From a bacterium (lineage in GTDB: Bacteria > Electryoneota > Electryoneia > Electryoneales > Electryoneaceae): a DNA stretch of 64,000 bases. The stretch covers positions 832,001 to 896,000 of the forward strand of contig CAXXKJ010000002.1 of assembly GCA_963675295.2 (NCBI GenBank), read 5' to 3'. The position numbers were made by a program, and so were the translations under genes. How positions within the stretch are numbered: position 1 is the first letter of the stretch; every line of letters begins with the position of its first letter. Shown here in pieces: positions 10,433 through 20,339 of the stretch. The notes beneath the pieces are model-generated. The model made no database searches. It saw only the letters and a program-made list of their open reading frames with translations, and was not told the DNA's origin.

Positions 10433-10765
10433 ATGTCAAAGAACAAACGTCGTGACGGGCTGGTGTTTTCCACCGGGCCTGTCCGCTCAGAACCTGAACC
10501 GGAGTCCCCGGACACGGGAAAACCGTCCGGACCGTCGGAAGCCGTGCTACGTATCGAGAAGAAGGGGCGTGGGGGAAAGACGGTGACCCTTGTTGAATTG
10601 CGCAACACGCATCAGCCGCGCGCGAAGGAGATTGGTAAAAAGCTGAAAAGCGCGTGCGGGGTCGGCGGCACGACCCGGGGGTTGGTGATTGAGGTGCAGG
10701 GTGATCAGCGCGACGCGGTCCGTCCGATCCTGGAGAAGGAAGGGTTTCGTGTCCGGGGTGGGTGA
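10433..10765 (+). CDS. yciH: SUI1/YciH family translation factor
   Basis: EKKGRGGKTVT, LKSACGVGGT and IEVQGD motifs. Confidence 0.9.
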   Translation: MSKNKRRDGLVFSTGPVRSEPEPESPDTGKPSGPSEAVLRIEKKGRGGKTVTLVELRNTHQPRAKEIGKKLKSACGVGGTTRGLVIEVQGDQRDAVRPILEKEGFRVRGG

Positions 10766-10960
10766 ATGGTGTAGTTGCTGTGATTGCTTGAACCATTTTT
10801 GTCTCCGATTTACGGAGTCCGGCGTTGCCCGGAGCGTTAGGCAGGTCTACCTTTTGCAGCGAACCCCATTGTTTCGTTAACTGATCAGTTCTGCAACACG
10901 GGACGGTTTTCGTGCGACCTGAAAAAGCCCCCCGTCCCTTGCAAGCACTGGGAGAATGTT

Positions 10961-11893
10961 GTGGCACGATATCCGTTTCCCCTCTGGCTGCGAGCGTCTC
11001 GTCCGTTTTCGTTCACGGCCTCGGCGACCCCGATTCTGCTCGGCACCGCGCTGGCGTTTTATCAAACCGGCCATGTCGATGTGATCATGTTCGTCGCGGC
11101 ATTGCTGGGTGGTGTCCTGCTGCACGCCGGCACCAACCTGATCAGCGACTATTTCGACTATTCCAAGGGTGTCGACCGTGAGGAAACCTACGGCGGCAGC
11201 CGCATCCTGGTTGAAAAGACAATGCAGCCAAAGGACGTGTTGACCGGCGGCCTGATCGCCTTCGGGCTGGCCTTCCTGATCGGTGTCTACCTGGTCTGGT
11301 CGTACGGCTGGCCGATTGTGATGTTCGGTCTCGCCGGCATCGCGGGCGGGTATTTCTACACCGCCGGGCCGGTGGGCTACAAGTACCGTGCGTTGGGCGA
11401 ATTCCTCGTCTTCACGCTGATGGGCCCGTTGATGGTCTGGGGCGCGCACTTTGTTCAGGTCGGCGAGCTGCAGTGGATGGTGCAGGTCGGCAATGTGCAG
11501 ATTGCGCCGCTGCTGGTCAGTTTGCCGGTGGGAATTCTGGTCGCGGCGATTCTGTTCGCGAACAACCTGCGCGACATCGAGGACGACAACGAGAGTGGCT
11601 ACCACACACAGGCGAGCCTGCTCGGGCGGAAGAAGGCACGGATCGTCTACGCCGGCTTCCTCTACAGCGCGTATCTGGTGCTGGTGGCGCTGGTCGTGTT
11701 CAAGATGATGCCGATCTGGGCGCTGCTGCCGTTCATTTCGATCCCGGCGGCGTTGAAGGTGAACAAGGTGATCCAGGAATCGCTGAAGCATGACCGTGGC
11801 CACCTGGCGATGGTGGACGTTATGACCGCGCAACTGCACTTCCAGTTCGGTATCCTGCTGACGATCGGAATCGTGATCGGGTATTGGGTGTAG
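10961..11893 (+). CDS. menA: 1,4-dihydroxy-2-naphthoate prenyltransferase (UbiA family)
   Basis: NLISDYFDYSKGVD, NNLRDIEDD and YKYRALGE motifs; membrane protein. Confidence 0.88.
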   Translation: MARYPFPLWLRASRPFSFTASATPILLGTALAFYQTGHVDVIMFVAALLGGVLLHAGTNLISDYFDYSKGVDREETYGGSRILVEKTMQPKDVLTGGLIAFGLAFLIGVYLVWSYGWPIVMFGLAGIAGGYFYTAGPVGYKYRALGEFLVFTLMGPLMVWGAHFVQVGELQWMVQVGNVQIAPLLVSLPVGILVAAILFANNLRDIEDDNESGYHTQASLLGRKKARIVYAGFLYSAYLVLVALVVFKMMPIWALLPFISIPAALKVNKVIQESLKHDRGHLAMVDVMTAQLHFQFGILLTIGIVIGYWV

Positions 11894-11903
11894 CACAACC
11901 AGC

Positions 11904-11931
11904 TGTGAGCGATGAGCTCTGAGCTGTGAGT
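11904..11931 (+). repeat. Heptamer array (NNTGAGY)x4 after the menA stop
   Basis: TGTGAGC GATGAGC TCTGAGC TGTGAGT. Confidence 0.75.
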
Positions 11932-11937
11932 AAAATC

Positions 11938-11969
11938 GAACTGCCACGGAGGTGCATCCGTGGCAGTTC
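11938..11969 (+). terminator. REP-like palindrome / menA terminator (CCACGGA-N6-TCCGTGG family)
   Basis: GAACTGCCACGGA-GGTGCA-TCCGTGGCAGTTC followed by TTGTTT. Confidence 0.7.
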
Positions 11970-12094
11970 TTGTTTAACTTAAGTATAAAGGGGACAGACG
12001 TATTATTAGGTGAAACTAAGCACGAGCAAACCACGTCTGTCTCTATTTATTCGACACTCAGTTTATGCTAAGAGAGTCATAAAAGAGGTGGTTT

Positions 12095-13645
12095 ATGATC
12101 TATTTCAAAAAACACCAACAACTAAAATTTATTAGTATCGCTATACTAATAATATTTCCTTCGCTAGCAATTGCACAAGTCACAAGAGAATGGGTTCGTA
12201 CATTTGATTTGGATTATCATGGCGATGTGCTAGAACTTACAAACGGTAGATATCTTTTCACAAAATATACAGACAACAGAGAATATATTATTATAAGAAC
12301 AAATGGAAGATACCAAGATAGCCTATCTTATGCTGGCTATGATGATACAGGTTTTAACTTAGAACAAATAGATAATGATAAAGTTATTACAACAATGTTA
12401 AATTATGGAGATGATGCTAGGTTTGCATTGTTGTCGATTTATGATGGTATTTTATGGGATTCTGAATCATTTATAGGGAGTATATCATCTATACATAAAT
12501 ATAATAATAATTTTATTGTAACAGGAGTACATCGTATCAGTGCTACAAATGAAAATGCTGTCGTTGTACGTTATGATAGCAATGGAATGATTATATGGCA
12601 TAGTGAATATGATGAGCAGGGAATGGAATCTGCAAGAGACGCTTGTATTAGTGTCACAGGTAATATATATGTAATAATATCAAATGGATTACAACTACGA
12701 TTAAAAATTATTGACGAATCAGGCGATGAAATAAATGAATACCAGTATGATGGTTCTTGGATTATGTCACCACATGCGATAGAGATGATGCCCGATGGTA
12801 ATCTGTTTGTAAAAGGGACATTTTACTTTACACAGGATGACGCTAATTACGCGATGATTCTTTCCCCTGATGGCGATCTACTGACCGTCTGGGACGACCC
12901 GTACACTGGCGATTACTGGGACAATGATGTCTGGCTATTGCCAGATGGAGGGTTTCTGTCCACGCATATCGGAGATATCGGACAGCCGTTTCACTATGAA
13001 ATCGAGTTCATCTGCTACGATGGTTCCTGGAATGAACTCTGGCGCAATTCGGAGGTTGATTTTGAAAGGCGATACTCTGCGGTTAATTCTTATACCGGAT
13101 ATATCACCTCTGACCGCTCCATGTTGTTTTACGGGCAGTTCCAGCATGGTGACTATGAATGGGATGCTCTGCTTCTGAAGTATGATTTGGCACCAAGTGA
13201 CCTTGAAATTGATGTCTTCCGGTACAGCAACCGTGGAGTCCCTGCTCCCGGCCGGTTTTACTGGCATGGCACATTGATCAACAACACTGATGCAGATATC
13301 AACACAGCCGTTTGGGTACTTGTGCGCGGGCCGGACGGTTATCCCAGCGAACCGCTGCGAGTATGGGAGGACATCACCGTCCCAGCGAACGGCACGTACG
13401 AAGCCGATTTGCGGCAGAACATCCCGGCGGACGCTGCGAGTGGCGAGTACAACTACATCGTGCGAGCCGGACTAGAATACAATCCGGGACAGTTGCAACA
13501 CAGCATTCAAGCCTACTTCCCACTCACCATCACCGGTGGCGCTGCTGTCGATCTCGATCCGCCTCGTGTGCGTGGTGTCGTCGCCGCGCCGTTTGAGGGG
13601 CCGGCGATGGTCGAGCTCGCGCCAGAAGTAAAGAAGGCAAACTAG
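12095..13645 (+). CDS. Secreted predicted beta-propeller protein with AT-rich variable N-terminus and a conserved Ig-like C-terminal module shared with 55257-56819
   Basis: Signal peptide ending AIA-Q; repeated D.xG.IIW-type blades; C-terminal APGRFYWHGTL...GEYNYIVRAG nearly identical to the 55257 protein. Confidence 0.8.
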   Translation: MIYFKKHQQLKFISIAILIIFPSLAIAQVTREWVRTFDLDYHGDVLELTNGRYLFTKYTDNREYIIIRTNGRYQDSLSYAGYDDTGFNLEQIDNDKVITTMLNYGDDARFALLSIYDGILWDSESFIGSISSIHKYNNNFIVTGVHRISATNENAVVVRYDSNGMIIWHSEYDEQGMESARDACISVTGNIYVIISNGLQLRLKIIDESGDEINEYQYDGSWIMSPHAIEMMPDGNLFVKGTFYFTQDDANYAMILSPDGDLLTVWDDPYTGDYWDNDVWLLPDGGFLSTHIGDIGQPFHYEIEFICYDGSWNELWRNSEVDFERRYSAVNSYTGYITSDRSMLFYGQFQHGDYEWDALLLKYDLAPSDLEIDVFRYSNRGVPAPGRFYWHGTLINNTDADINTAVWVLVRGPDGYPSEPLRVWEDITVPANGTYEADLRQNIPADAASGEYNYIVRAGLEYNPGQLQHSIQAYFPLTITGGAAVDLDPPRVRGVVAAPFEGPAMVELAPEVKKAN

Positions 13646-13811
13646 CTCAAGTTTTACGGACTCCCGGATCGCAAGACGATCCGGTCTACCCGCCTGAATG
13701 AACCTGCCTGCAGTTCCGTTCCTGCAAACAGGCCCCGTGTCCCCGTTGCCCTGCTCTCTCGCGCAACGCTACTTTCTCTCCAATTCTCCATCACCGTAGA
13801 GGACGTTTCCC

Positions 13812-14450
13812 ATGGATATCTGGACCATTGTCCGGGACGCCAGCCTGGTCAACCAACTGCTCCTGGTGCTGCTGATCCTGCTCTCGATTCTGAGTTGGGG
13901 GGTGGTACTCGAACGTTGGCGGTATTTCCGTGTCGCGAAGAAGGCCGACCTCGAATTCTTCGGCGCGCTACGTGGCAGCCTCGACGCGACGCAGGTGCAT
14001 CGCATCGCGGAGGCGAAACGGAAGTCTCCGGCGGGCAAGGTCTACCTCGCGACGGAGCGGGAACTGCAACGGTTGAACAAGCATGACGCGTCGGCGTGGG
14101 CGGAGGTACTCGACATCGAGGGCAACATCCTGCGTGTGGACGGCGAGCGCGGGCTGCCGTTGTTGGCGATTGTCGCCTCGACGGCGCCGTTTGTCGGTCT
14201 GCTCGGCACGGTCTGGGGGGTAATGGTAGCGTTCCTCAAGCTCGGCGGGATGGAGGGCCAGCCGGCGCTGGAGGTGGTCGGGCCGGGCATCGCGGAGGCG
14301 TTGATCGCGACCGCGATGGGTCTGTTCGCCGCGATTCCGGCGGTGGTGGCGTACAACATCTTCTCCGCCGCGCAACGAAATCTGCTGTTGCGGAGTGAAG
14401 AGTTTGGACGCCGGCTGGTGGTGTCGATCCGTTCGGGCGGAGGTTTCTGA
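13812..14450 (+). CDS. tolQ: TolQ/ExbB proton channel protein
   Basis: APFVGLLGTVWG and GIAEALIATAMGLFAAIPA motifs. Confidence 0.9.
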   Translation: MDIWTIVRDASLVNQLLLVLLILLSILSWGVVLERWRYFRVAKKADLEFFGALRGSLDATQVHRIAEAKRKSPAGKVYLATERELQRLNKHDASAWAEVLDIEGNILRVDGERGLPLLAIVASTAPFVGLLGTVWGVMVAFLKLGGMEGQPALEVVGPGIAEALIATAMGLFAAIPAVVAYNIFSAAQRNLLLRSEEFGRRLVVSIRSGGGF

Positions 14451-14878
14451 TGAACCTGCAGGGCAGATCGAAGGAAGGCGACCTGCAGCAGATGCCGGAA
14501 ATCAACGTGGTGCCGTTGATCGACGTGTTCCTTGTGCTGCTGGTGATTTTCATGATCACCGCGCCGGTGATCAAGACGGCGATCGACATGGGTCTGCCGC
14601 AGGCGGAAACCGCGACCGCGGATCCGTCGCAGGGGATCACGGTCAAGATCCTGCAGGACGGTACGGTGTGGATTGATGAGGAACGTGTGTCGTTGCAGGC
14701 GTTCCCGTCGCGGTTCCGGGATATTTACTCGAACACGGGGCCGGGCGGTGATTTTCAGCCGGTGTTTCTCGCGGCGGGTGAGGAGGTGCCGTACGGGACG
14801 GTGGTGACGGTGCTGGATGAACTCCGCCTCGCGGGAGTTGAGGATCTCGGCCTGTTGACGCAGAAGGAAAGTCGGTGA
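14450..14878 (+). CDS. tolR: TolR/ExbD protein
   Basis: EINVVPLIDVFLVLLVIFMITAP. Confidence 0.9.
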   Translation: MNLQGRSKEGDLQQMPEINVVPLIDVFLVLLVIFMITAPVIKTAIDMGLPQAETATADPSQGITVKILQDGTVWIDEERVSLQAFPSRFRDIYSNTGPGGDFQPVFLAAGEEVPYGTVVTVLDELRLAGVEDLGLLTQKESR

Positions 14879-14988
14879 GGAAGTCGAAGGGAAGTCGGAC
14901 AGAAGTACAAAGTCGAAGAGAAGTCGAAAGTCGAACTGAAGTCGAAAGACTAAGGACGAGAGACTAGAGCCCAGAGACGAGAGACGGT
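14879..14988 (+). repeat. Degenerate purine-rich short-repeat tract (AAGTCGA-like, then AGACGAG-like heptamers) between tolR and tolA/tonB
   Basis: Recurring AAGTCG(A) units followed by ...GGACGAG AGACTAG AGCCCAG AGACGAG AGACGG. Confidence 0.6.
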
Positions 14989-14993
14989 AGTAC

Positions 14994-15818
14994 ATGCGAA
15001 TTCTGAGCGCGACAACTGGTCAAGCCACACCCCGCAGCCACCTGGTATCCTTTGGTGGCCACGTGGTGCTGGTCGCGCTCGCGTTGATTCTGCCGACGCT
15101 CGGTCTGTTACCGGAACCGAAGACCGAGTTCGAGGTGGAGTTTGTCCGTCTCAAGGGTGGCGGTGAGATGCTGCCCGGCTGGGTGAAACCGACCCCGGCG
15201 CCGCCCGACGAATCGCTCGAACCGGACAACAAGCCGTTGGAGCAGCCAAAGCCGGTGGAAGAGAAGCCGAAACCCGCCGAGCCGGAACCGGCAGCGGTTG
15301 AGCAGGAAAAACCGGCCCCCGCGCCGTCGCAACCAGTAGAGGAAAAGCCGAAGCCGCGTGAGGAAACTCCGGCCGCGACGGGCAATGCGTCTCCAGCTGA
15401 AGAAACAACGGAAGAGTCGGTAGCAGACACCGAAACCGGGTCCACCGCTCCCGCGACCGAGGGAGAAACCGGCGCGGGTGTCGGGGCAAAGCCAGGACCG
15501 GAGGGGCCGGGCATGGGCGCGACCAGCGACCTCGAATTCACCGGTGCGAACGCGTATCTGTCTCGTATCGAAGCCGAGGTACAGCGCCGCTTCAACTTCC
15601 GCGGGAAAGCGTCCGGCAAGGTCGCCGAGTACCATTTCACGCTGGACAAGAAGGGCGAGCTGCATGATCTCGTGCTGATGGTCAGCAGTGGCGTGCCGAG
15701 TCTCGATCTCGCGGCACGCAGCGCGTTAACCCGCGCCAACTTTCCGCCGTTGCCGGGCAGTTTCCCCAGTGACCGCCTCGGCATCACCTACAAATTCCAC
15801 GGAGATGGTTCACGATGA
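14994..15818 (+). CDS. TolA/TonB family energy transducer
   Basis: N-terminal TM helix containing His, Pro/Glu/Lys-rich linker, C-terminal SSG..SLDLAA..A...FPPLP domain. Confidence 0.8.
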   Translation: MRILSATTGQATPRSHLVSFGGHVVLVALALILPTLGLLPEPKTEFEVEFVRLKGGGEMLPGWVKPTPAPPDESLEPDNKPLEQPKPVEEKPKPAEPEPAAVEQEKPAPAPSQPVEEKPKPREETPAATGNASPAEETTEESVADTETGSTAPATEGETGAGVGAKPGPEGPGMGATSDLEFTGANAYLSRIEAEVQRRFNFRGKASGKVAEYHFTLDKKGELHDLVLMVSSGVPSLDLAARSALTRANFPPLPGSFPSDRLGITYKFHGDGSR

Positions 15819-17128
15819 AGCCATCGCGATTGCTTCCGCTGTTGCTGCTGCTGGTGTTTGCCGTTTCGAGTTTGTTGACTGGTCCCGTGTTCGCACAGAC
15901 CAGCGAGGATGAGGATGAAACGACCGAGGTCACACTCGAGGCGTTCGGGCAGGGTTACTACCGTCCGGGGTTGATTTACGGCATCCGGTTCGAGCCGGAA
16001 TTGAACGCCGAGCAGCAGATGGCGTCCAAGCTGTTCGATGAACGCCTGCGGTTCGCGTTGGACTGGTCGGGCTATGTCAATTTGCAGCTGACCGACTCGT
16101 TGACCTTCTCCGGCCCGCCGGAAACCGAACAGGCCGAACCGGAAAGCGAATTGCGAGTTGAAATTGCAGCGGATGAAAGCGATCCGGACCTGGTGTACGC
16201 CACGATCATGCTGGCGGAACCGGAGGGGGAGGCGTGGTACACCGGACGGATCGGGTTCAAGCGATCGTACGCCAATGAGTCCGGCGATGCCGCAGCCGAA
16301 ACGATCATCGTGCAGCTGACCGGGATGACGCCGCCGTTCCGTTCGCGGATCGTGTTTGTCGAGTCGAAGGGGAACAACGTCAAGGAACTGATGCTCGCGA
16401 AGTATGACGGGTCAACCAAGCAGCAGTTGACGAACGACGGCTCAATTGCGTTGTCGCCGAGCTGGTCGCCGGACGCGAAGAGTATCGTCTTCTGCAGTTT
16501 CCGAGACAAGGGCGACGCTGACCTTTTCATCGCCGATCTGGCGGGACGCCGGATCCGTCGCCTCGCCCCGCGTGAGGGCACCGACGCCGCGCCGGCATGG
16601 TCGCCGACGGGCCGGGAGATTGTGTTCGCGGGGTCGAACGGTGAGAACACAAACCTGTACATCGTCGACGCGGATGGCCGCAATCTGCGCAAGCTGACCA
16701 CCACCCGCGGGATCGACACCTCGCCGAGCTGGTCGCCGACCGGGCGGGAGATTGTGTTCATGTCCGACCGCAACGGCCACCCGCACATCTACCGCATGGA
16801 CAAGTACGGCTCGAATCTGCGTCGTCTCACCTATGAGGGCAGCTACAATTCCGACCCGGCGTGGTCACCGTCCGGCGACCGGATTGTCTACTGCCGCCGC
16901 ACCGACAACGGCTTCCAGCTGCACTCGATAGACCCGTTGGGCGATGTGGATGTCGCGTTGACCAATGAACCCGGCGATCACCTCGACCCGAGTTGGTCGG
17001 CGGACGGGATGAAGATTACGTACTCGTACCGTGGCCGCATCTGGGTGATGAGCGCCGATGGCACCAACCGGCGGCAGCTGGCGTCCGATGGTCTGCAGCC
17101 CGATTGGTCGCCGATTTTGGAACGATAG
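15815..17128 (+). CDS. tolB: TolB-like protein with PD40 beta-propeller
   Basis: Signal peptide; repeated P.WSP.G..I(V)F blades; position in the tol operon. Confidence 0.85.
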   Translation: MKPSRLLPLLLLLVFAVSSLLTGPVFAQTSEDEDETTEVTLEAFGQGYYRPGLIYGIRFEPELNAEQQMASKLFDERLRFALDWSGYVNLQLTDSLTFSGPPETEQAEPESELRVEIAADESDPDLVYATIMLAEPEGEAWYTGRIGFKRSYANESGDAAAETIIVQLTGMTPPFRSRIVFVESKGNNVKELMLAKYDGSTKQQLTNDGSIALSPSWSPDAKSIVFCSFRDKGDADLFIADLAGRRIRRLAPREGTDAAPAWSPTGREIVFAGSNGENTNLYIVDADGRNLRKLTTTRGIDTSPSWSPTGREIVFMSDRNGHPHIYRMDKYGSNLRRLTYEGSYNSDPAWSPSGDRIVYCRRTDNGFQLHSIDPLGDVDVALTNEPGDHLDPSWSADGMKITYSYRGRIWVMSADGTNRRQLASDGLQPDWSPILER

Positions 17129-17158
17129 TCTATGGTCTATGGTCCATGGTCAATGGTT
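17129..17158 (+). repeat. Left heptamer array (NATGGTY)x4, inverse complement of the right array
   Basis: TC TATGGTC TATGGTC CATGGTC AATGGTT directly after the tolB stop. Confidence 0.85.
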
Positions 17159-17225
17159 ACACAAAACCACAAAACGGCCATAGCCATCTGAATCGGTATC
17201 TGAAGTATATGGGGGAGAATAACTA

Positions 17226-17588
17226 GTGCGTGATCATACAAACTTGACCGCATTTACGTTGGCTGAGGAGTTGGCTATTGCTGTGTATGTTCATACAAGA
17301 GATTTTCCTCGCGAAGAATTGTTTGGGTTAACATCACAAATGAGAAGGGCTGCAGTCTCGGTCGCCTCAAACATCGTTGAAGGTGCAGCCAGATCAAGTC
17401 ATGCGGATTTCCTGCGATTTCTTGACATTGCGTTCGGTTCGGTCCGTGAACTGGAATTTCAGATATCCCTTGCGGCAAAACTCGACTACCTGCAAGAACC
17501 TCGCAGCACCCAATTGTCGGCCTTGGCACAACGTACTTCGAAAGTGTTGCATGGTTTGATCCAGTCTTTGAAAACGAAAAGACCGTGA
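17226..17588 (+). CDS. Four helix bundle protein (23S rRNA IVP / TIGR02436 family, bAvd-like fold)
   Basis: FPREELFGLTSQMRRAAVSVASNIVEG, FLDIAFGS..ELE.Q motifs; 120 aa. Confidence 0.92.
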   Translation: MRDHTNLTAFTLAEELAIAVYVHTRDFPREELFGLTSQMRRAAVSVASNIVEGAARSSHADFLRFLDIAFGSVRELEFQISLAAKLDYLQEPRSTQLSALAQRTSKVLHGLIQSLKTKRP

Positions 17589-17598
17589 ACTCACACCC

Positions 17599-17703
17599 AG
17601 ACCACAGACCACAGACCACAGACCATAGACCATAGACCAAAGACCATAGACCACAGACCATAGACCATAGACCAAAGACCATAGACCACAGACCATCGAC
17701 CAG
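17599..17703 (+). repeat. Right heptamer array (AGACCAH)x14 plus one degenerate unit
   Basis: Counted directly. The last-base pattern C,C,C,T,T,A,T,C,T,T,A,T,C,T shows a 35-bp higher-order duplication. Confidence 0.95.
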
Positions 17704-17826
17704 AGCCCCCATCCTCCGCTCCCGGAGGACAGAACAACTGTCCATGGATCTGGGCAACTGCTGGCGGGATGCGCTCCCTGATCGTACGTTAATCCGTGGA
17801 CTTGAACTGAAACGGGGGTGCCTTCC

Positions 17827-19005
17827 ATGCGACACGCACAGCTTCGAGTAGCAGCAGCCAGTCAATCCGGCCTTCTTCCTTTTGGTTTCCTTTTAGTTCT
17901 TCTGGTGTGTACGGGACTTGCGATGACCGTGCCCGCCTTGGCGCAGCCGACGCAAACCTGGATCTACGCATTTGATGTCTACTATGTGTTTCAGGATATC
18001 TATGACCTTGCGATCACATCGGACGGCAACGTGGTTGCAGTCGGACGTTGGGATGATCGAGCGAGCGCAGTTAAGCTGGACAGCGATACGGGGCAGGTGC
18101 TGTGGGAATACCACACGAACGACAACGATTCGCAGTTGAACTGTGTAAGTTCGGTTGAAGACGGCAGCGGGGATATGCTGATCGGTGGTTGGAAGAATGA
18201 AGATGCTCTTCTAGCCCGGTTGTCAGCACAGGGTGAATTGATCTGGATGCGGCTCTTCAATCCGAGCCCAACGTTGAATCCCGATTGGATCAGTGATATG
18301 CTGATTCATCCGAGCGGTAATATCTATCTCTGCGGTCTTCTGTCCGGACAGAAGACTTATGCTTGGTTACGTGCTGATGATCCCAGCCAACACCAGGTGT
18401 ATCGCAACTTGCCCGTTGTGATACCCCGTGGGCGACGTCTGGAGGTGGCTTCACCATCCTCATTTCTCATTGGGGGTGACATCTGGAGTGGCACAACGTT
18501 ATATGGTGGAGTAGCACAGGTTTCAACATCCGGTGAGGTAGAGTGGATTCACCAGGCACCCGATGTGAACTACACATACGGAGTAGCTCGGACGCAGGAC
18601 GCTATCACTGTGTTTGTGGGTCCGATGAGTGACTTCGGCGAACCCGTACGTGCATTCATACGCGGCCTCGATGGACAGGGCAATCAGGTCTGGGGGCTGG
18701 AACATGGTGTAGGCGATGATAACAGCGTTTACCACGATGTTTGCCCGGCGAATCCAGGAGGTTCCAATGATGTCTATGTCGTAGGGAATCTGTATGAGCA
18801 GAACGGCGGCCCCAGCCGTCAGGTTTTGCGCCGGATTTCGTCATCCGGGGATATCATCTGGACAGTTTACGGCACGGACGGCATCAGCTACCACAACGAG
18901 TGGCGGGTGGTGAAAGCGCTGAATAATGATGGCGTGATTGTCGCGGGTAAACGATTCGTGGCCCACAACGAAGCCGACCTGGTCATCGAACGCTACGATC
19001 CGTGA
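17827..19005 (+). CDS. Secreted predicted beta-propeller protein, paralog 1 of 3; no T9SS tail
   Basis: Signal peptide then AQPTQTW; G..LW blade repeats; ends VIERYDP; start uncertain (17818 or 17827). Confidence 0.8.
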   Translation: MRHAQLRVAAASQSGLLPFGFLLVLLVCTGLAMTVPALAQPTQTWIYAFDVYYVFQDIYDLAITSDGNVVAVGRWDDRASAVKLDSDTGQVLWEYHTNDNDSQLNCVSSVEDGSGDMLIGGWKNEDALLARLSAQGELIWMRLFNPSPTLNPDWISDMLIHPSGNIYLCGLLSGQKTYAWLRADDPSQHQVYRNLPVVIPRGRRLEVASPSSFLIGGDIWSGTTLYGGVAQVSTSGEVEWIHQAPDVNYTYGVARTQDAITVFVGPMSDFGEPVRAFIRGLDGQGNQVWGLEHGVGDDNSVYHDVCPANPGGSNDVYVVGNLYEQNGGPSRQVLRRISSSGDIIWTVYGTDGISYHNEWRVVKALNNDGVIVAGKRFVAHNEADLVIERYDP

Positions 19006-19059
19006 TTAACGTAATCTAAGCAGTAGCTACGGGTTTGAAATGATAAGGGGAGATGTCCG

Positions 19060-20241
19060 ATGAAACGAATTTGGACCTACAGCAGAGTTGGTCCCGGCAC
19101 ACACTTCCAGCAGGTGTTGTTTGGCATGGTCGCGCTATTGTTTGTAACGGTGTCCGCGTGCGCCCAGCCGACGCAGACCTGGATTCATGAGTTTCCAACC
19201 CTGCCGTATCCATGGGAATCGGTGCATGAAATGGTGATCACCACGGATGGCCGTGTCGTGGTGGTTGGTGCATGGAACGACATGTGGGGAATTCTGTGTC
19301 TTGACCTTGCCACGGGCGATCCGCTGTGGGAGTTGTCAGGTGGTGATGATCTCACGAGAATGACCAGCGTTGTGACGACGGATGACGGAACGGGTGATAT
19401 CATTGCCGGAGGCCACCCGCAGTTTGACGCGTTTCGTTCCTATCTCACCCGGGTCAATGCGCAGGGGGAGATCGTCTGGTGGCGCGATTTGCAGCACTCA
19501 AGCCTTCCAAACCGCGTGTACACGATACAGGCTCTGATGAGAATGGGCCCTGACAAGGTGTTTGCGTGTGGGCAGATCAACAGCCGGCCAACAATCGGCT
19601 GGGTGAATATCGATAATCCTGGTGTCCACTGGGCACGTTCAATCAATTCAGGGGACGGCCCGTGGACGATGGCAATGGCTCAATATTCCGGTACATCGGT
19701 CCTGATGGGTGGTAAGATCGCTCAGGGCAACAGCTTCAACGGCATCGTACTGAATATGAGCCGCCAGGGCCAGCTACTCTGGGCATACCAGACGAATCAC
19801 ATGATTTCGGTACTTGGGATAGCAAGTACGATGGACGGAACGGTCATCGCGGCCGGGTACGAAAGCAGGTTGGGTGTTCAAGAATACCCCGCCCGCATGG
19901 AGGGATTGAACGCAAACGGTGAGTTTCTCTGGGCAATCGAGCAGGGTTTGGATAATCATAGCCTGTTCTATGATGTGTGCACGACCGATCCGTCTGGATC
20001 GAACGATGTGTACGTCGCGGGAAGTGTCAATGAGGAAGAGGATGGTCCGAACTACCAGCTGGTGCACAAGGTCAGTTCCACGGGCGAGATCATCTGGACA
20101 CTCTACGGTTCAGCCGGAAACAGTGATCAGAACGGTTGGACTGCCGTTGAAGCGCTGGACAATGGCGGACTGGTTGTCGCCGGAGTGCGTTCGCCCGATT
20201 ACCCGGACGAAACGGTCGTGATCGAGCGCTACGATCCGTGA
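19060..20241 (+). CDS. Secreted predicted beta-propeller protein, paralog 2 of 3
   Basis: AQPTQTW...VIERYDP; colinear with its neighbours. Confidence 0.85.
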   Translation: MKRIWTYSRVGPGTHFQQVLFGMVALLFVTVSACAQPTQTWIHEFPTLPYPWESVHEMVITTDGRVVVVGAWNDMWGILCLDLATGDPLWELSGGDDLTRMTSVVTTDDGTGDIIAGGHPQFDAFRSYLTRVNAQGEIVWWRDLQHSSLPNRVYTIQALMRMGPDKVFACGQINSRPTIGWVNIDNPGVHWARSINSGDGPWTMAMAQYSGTSVLMGGKIAQGNSFNGIVLNMSRQGQLLWAYQTNHMISVLGIASTMDGTVIAAGYESRLGVQEYPARMEGLNANGEFLWAIEQGLDNHSLFYDVCTTDPSGSNDVYVAGSVNEEEDGPNYQLVHKVSSTGEIIWTLYGSAGNSDQNGWTAVEALDNGGLVVAGVRSPDYPDETVVIERYDP

Positions 20242-20339
20242 TCAGGATTTCCAACGGGCAGTGCATGGTTAGACACGATACGGGAATACGGTGCCGGCCG
20301 GAATTTCAGCAATCAGCGCCAGCTACGAGGATATGATTG

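Noticed and set aside
17599-17703. CRISPR array
   Set aside because: Contiguous 7-bp units with no unique spacers and no cas genes
17275-17865. Minus-strand ORFs with (V.GLWS.)n peptide repeats
   Set aside because: Translation artefact of the heptamer DNA array
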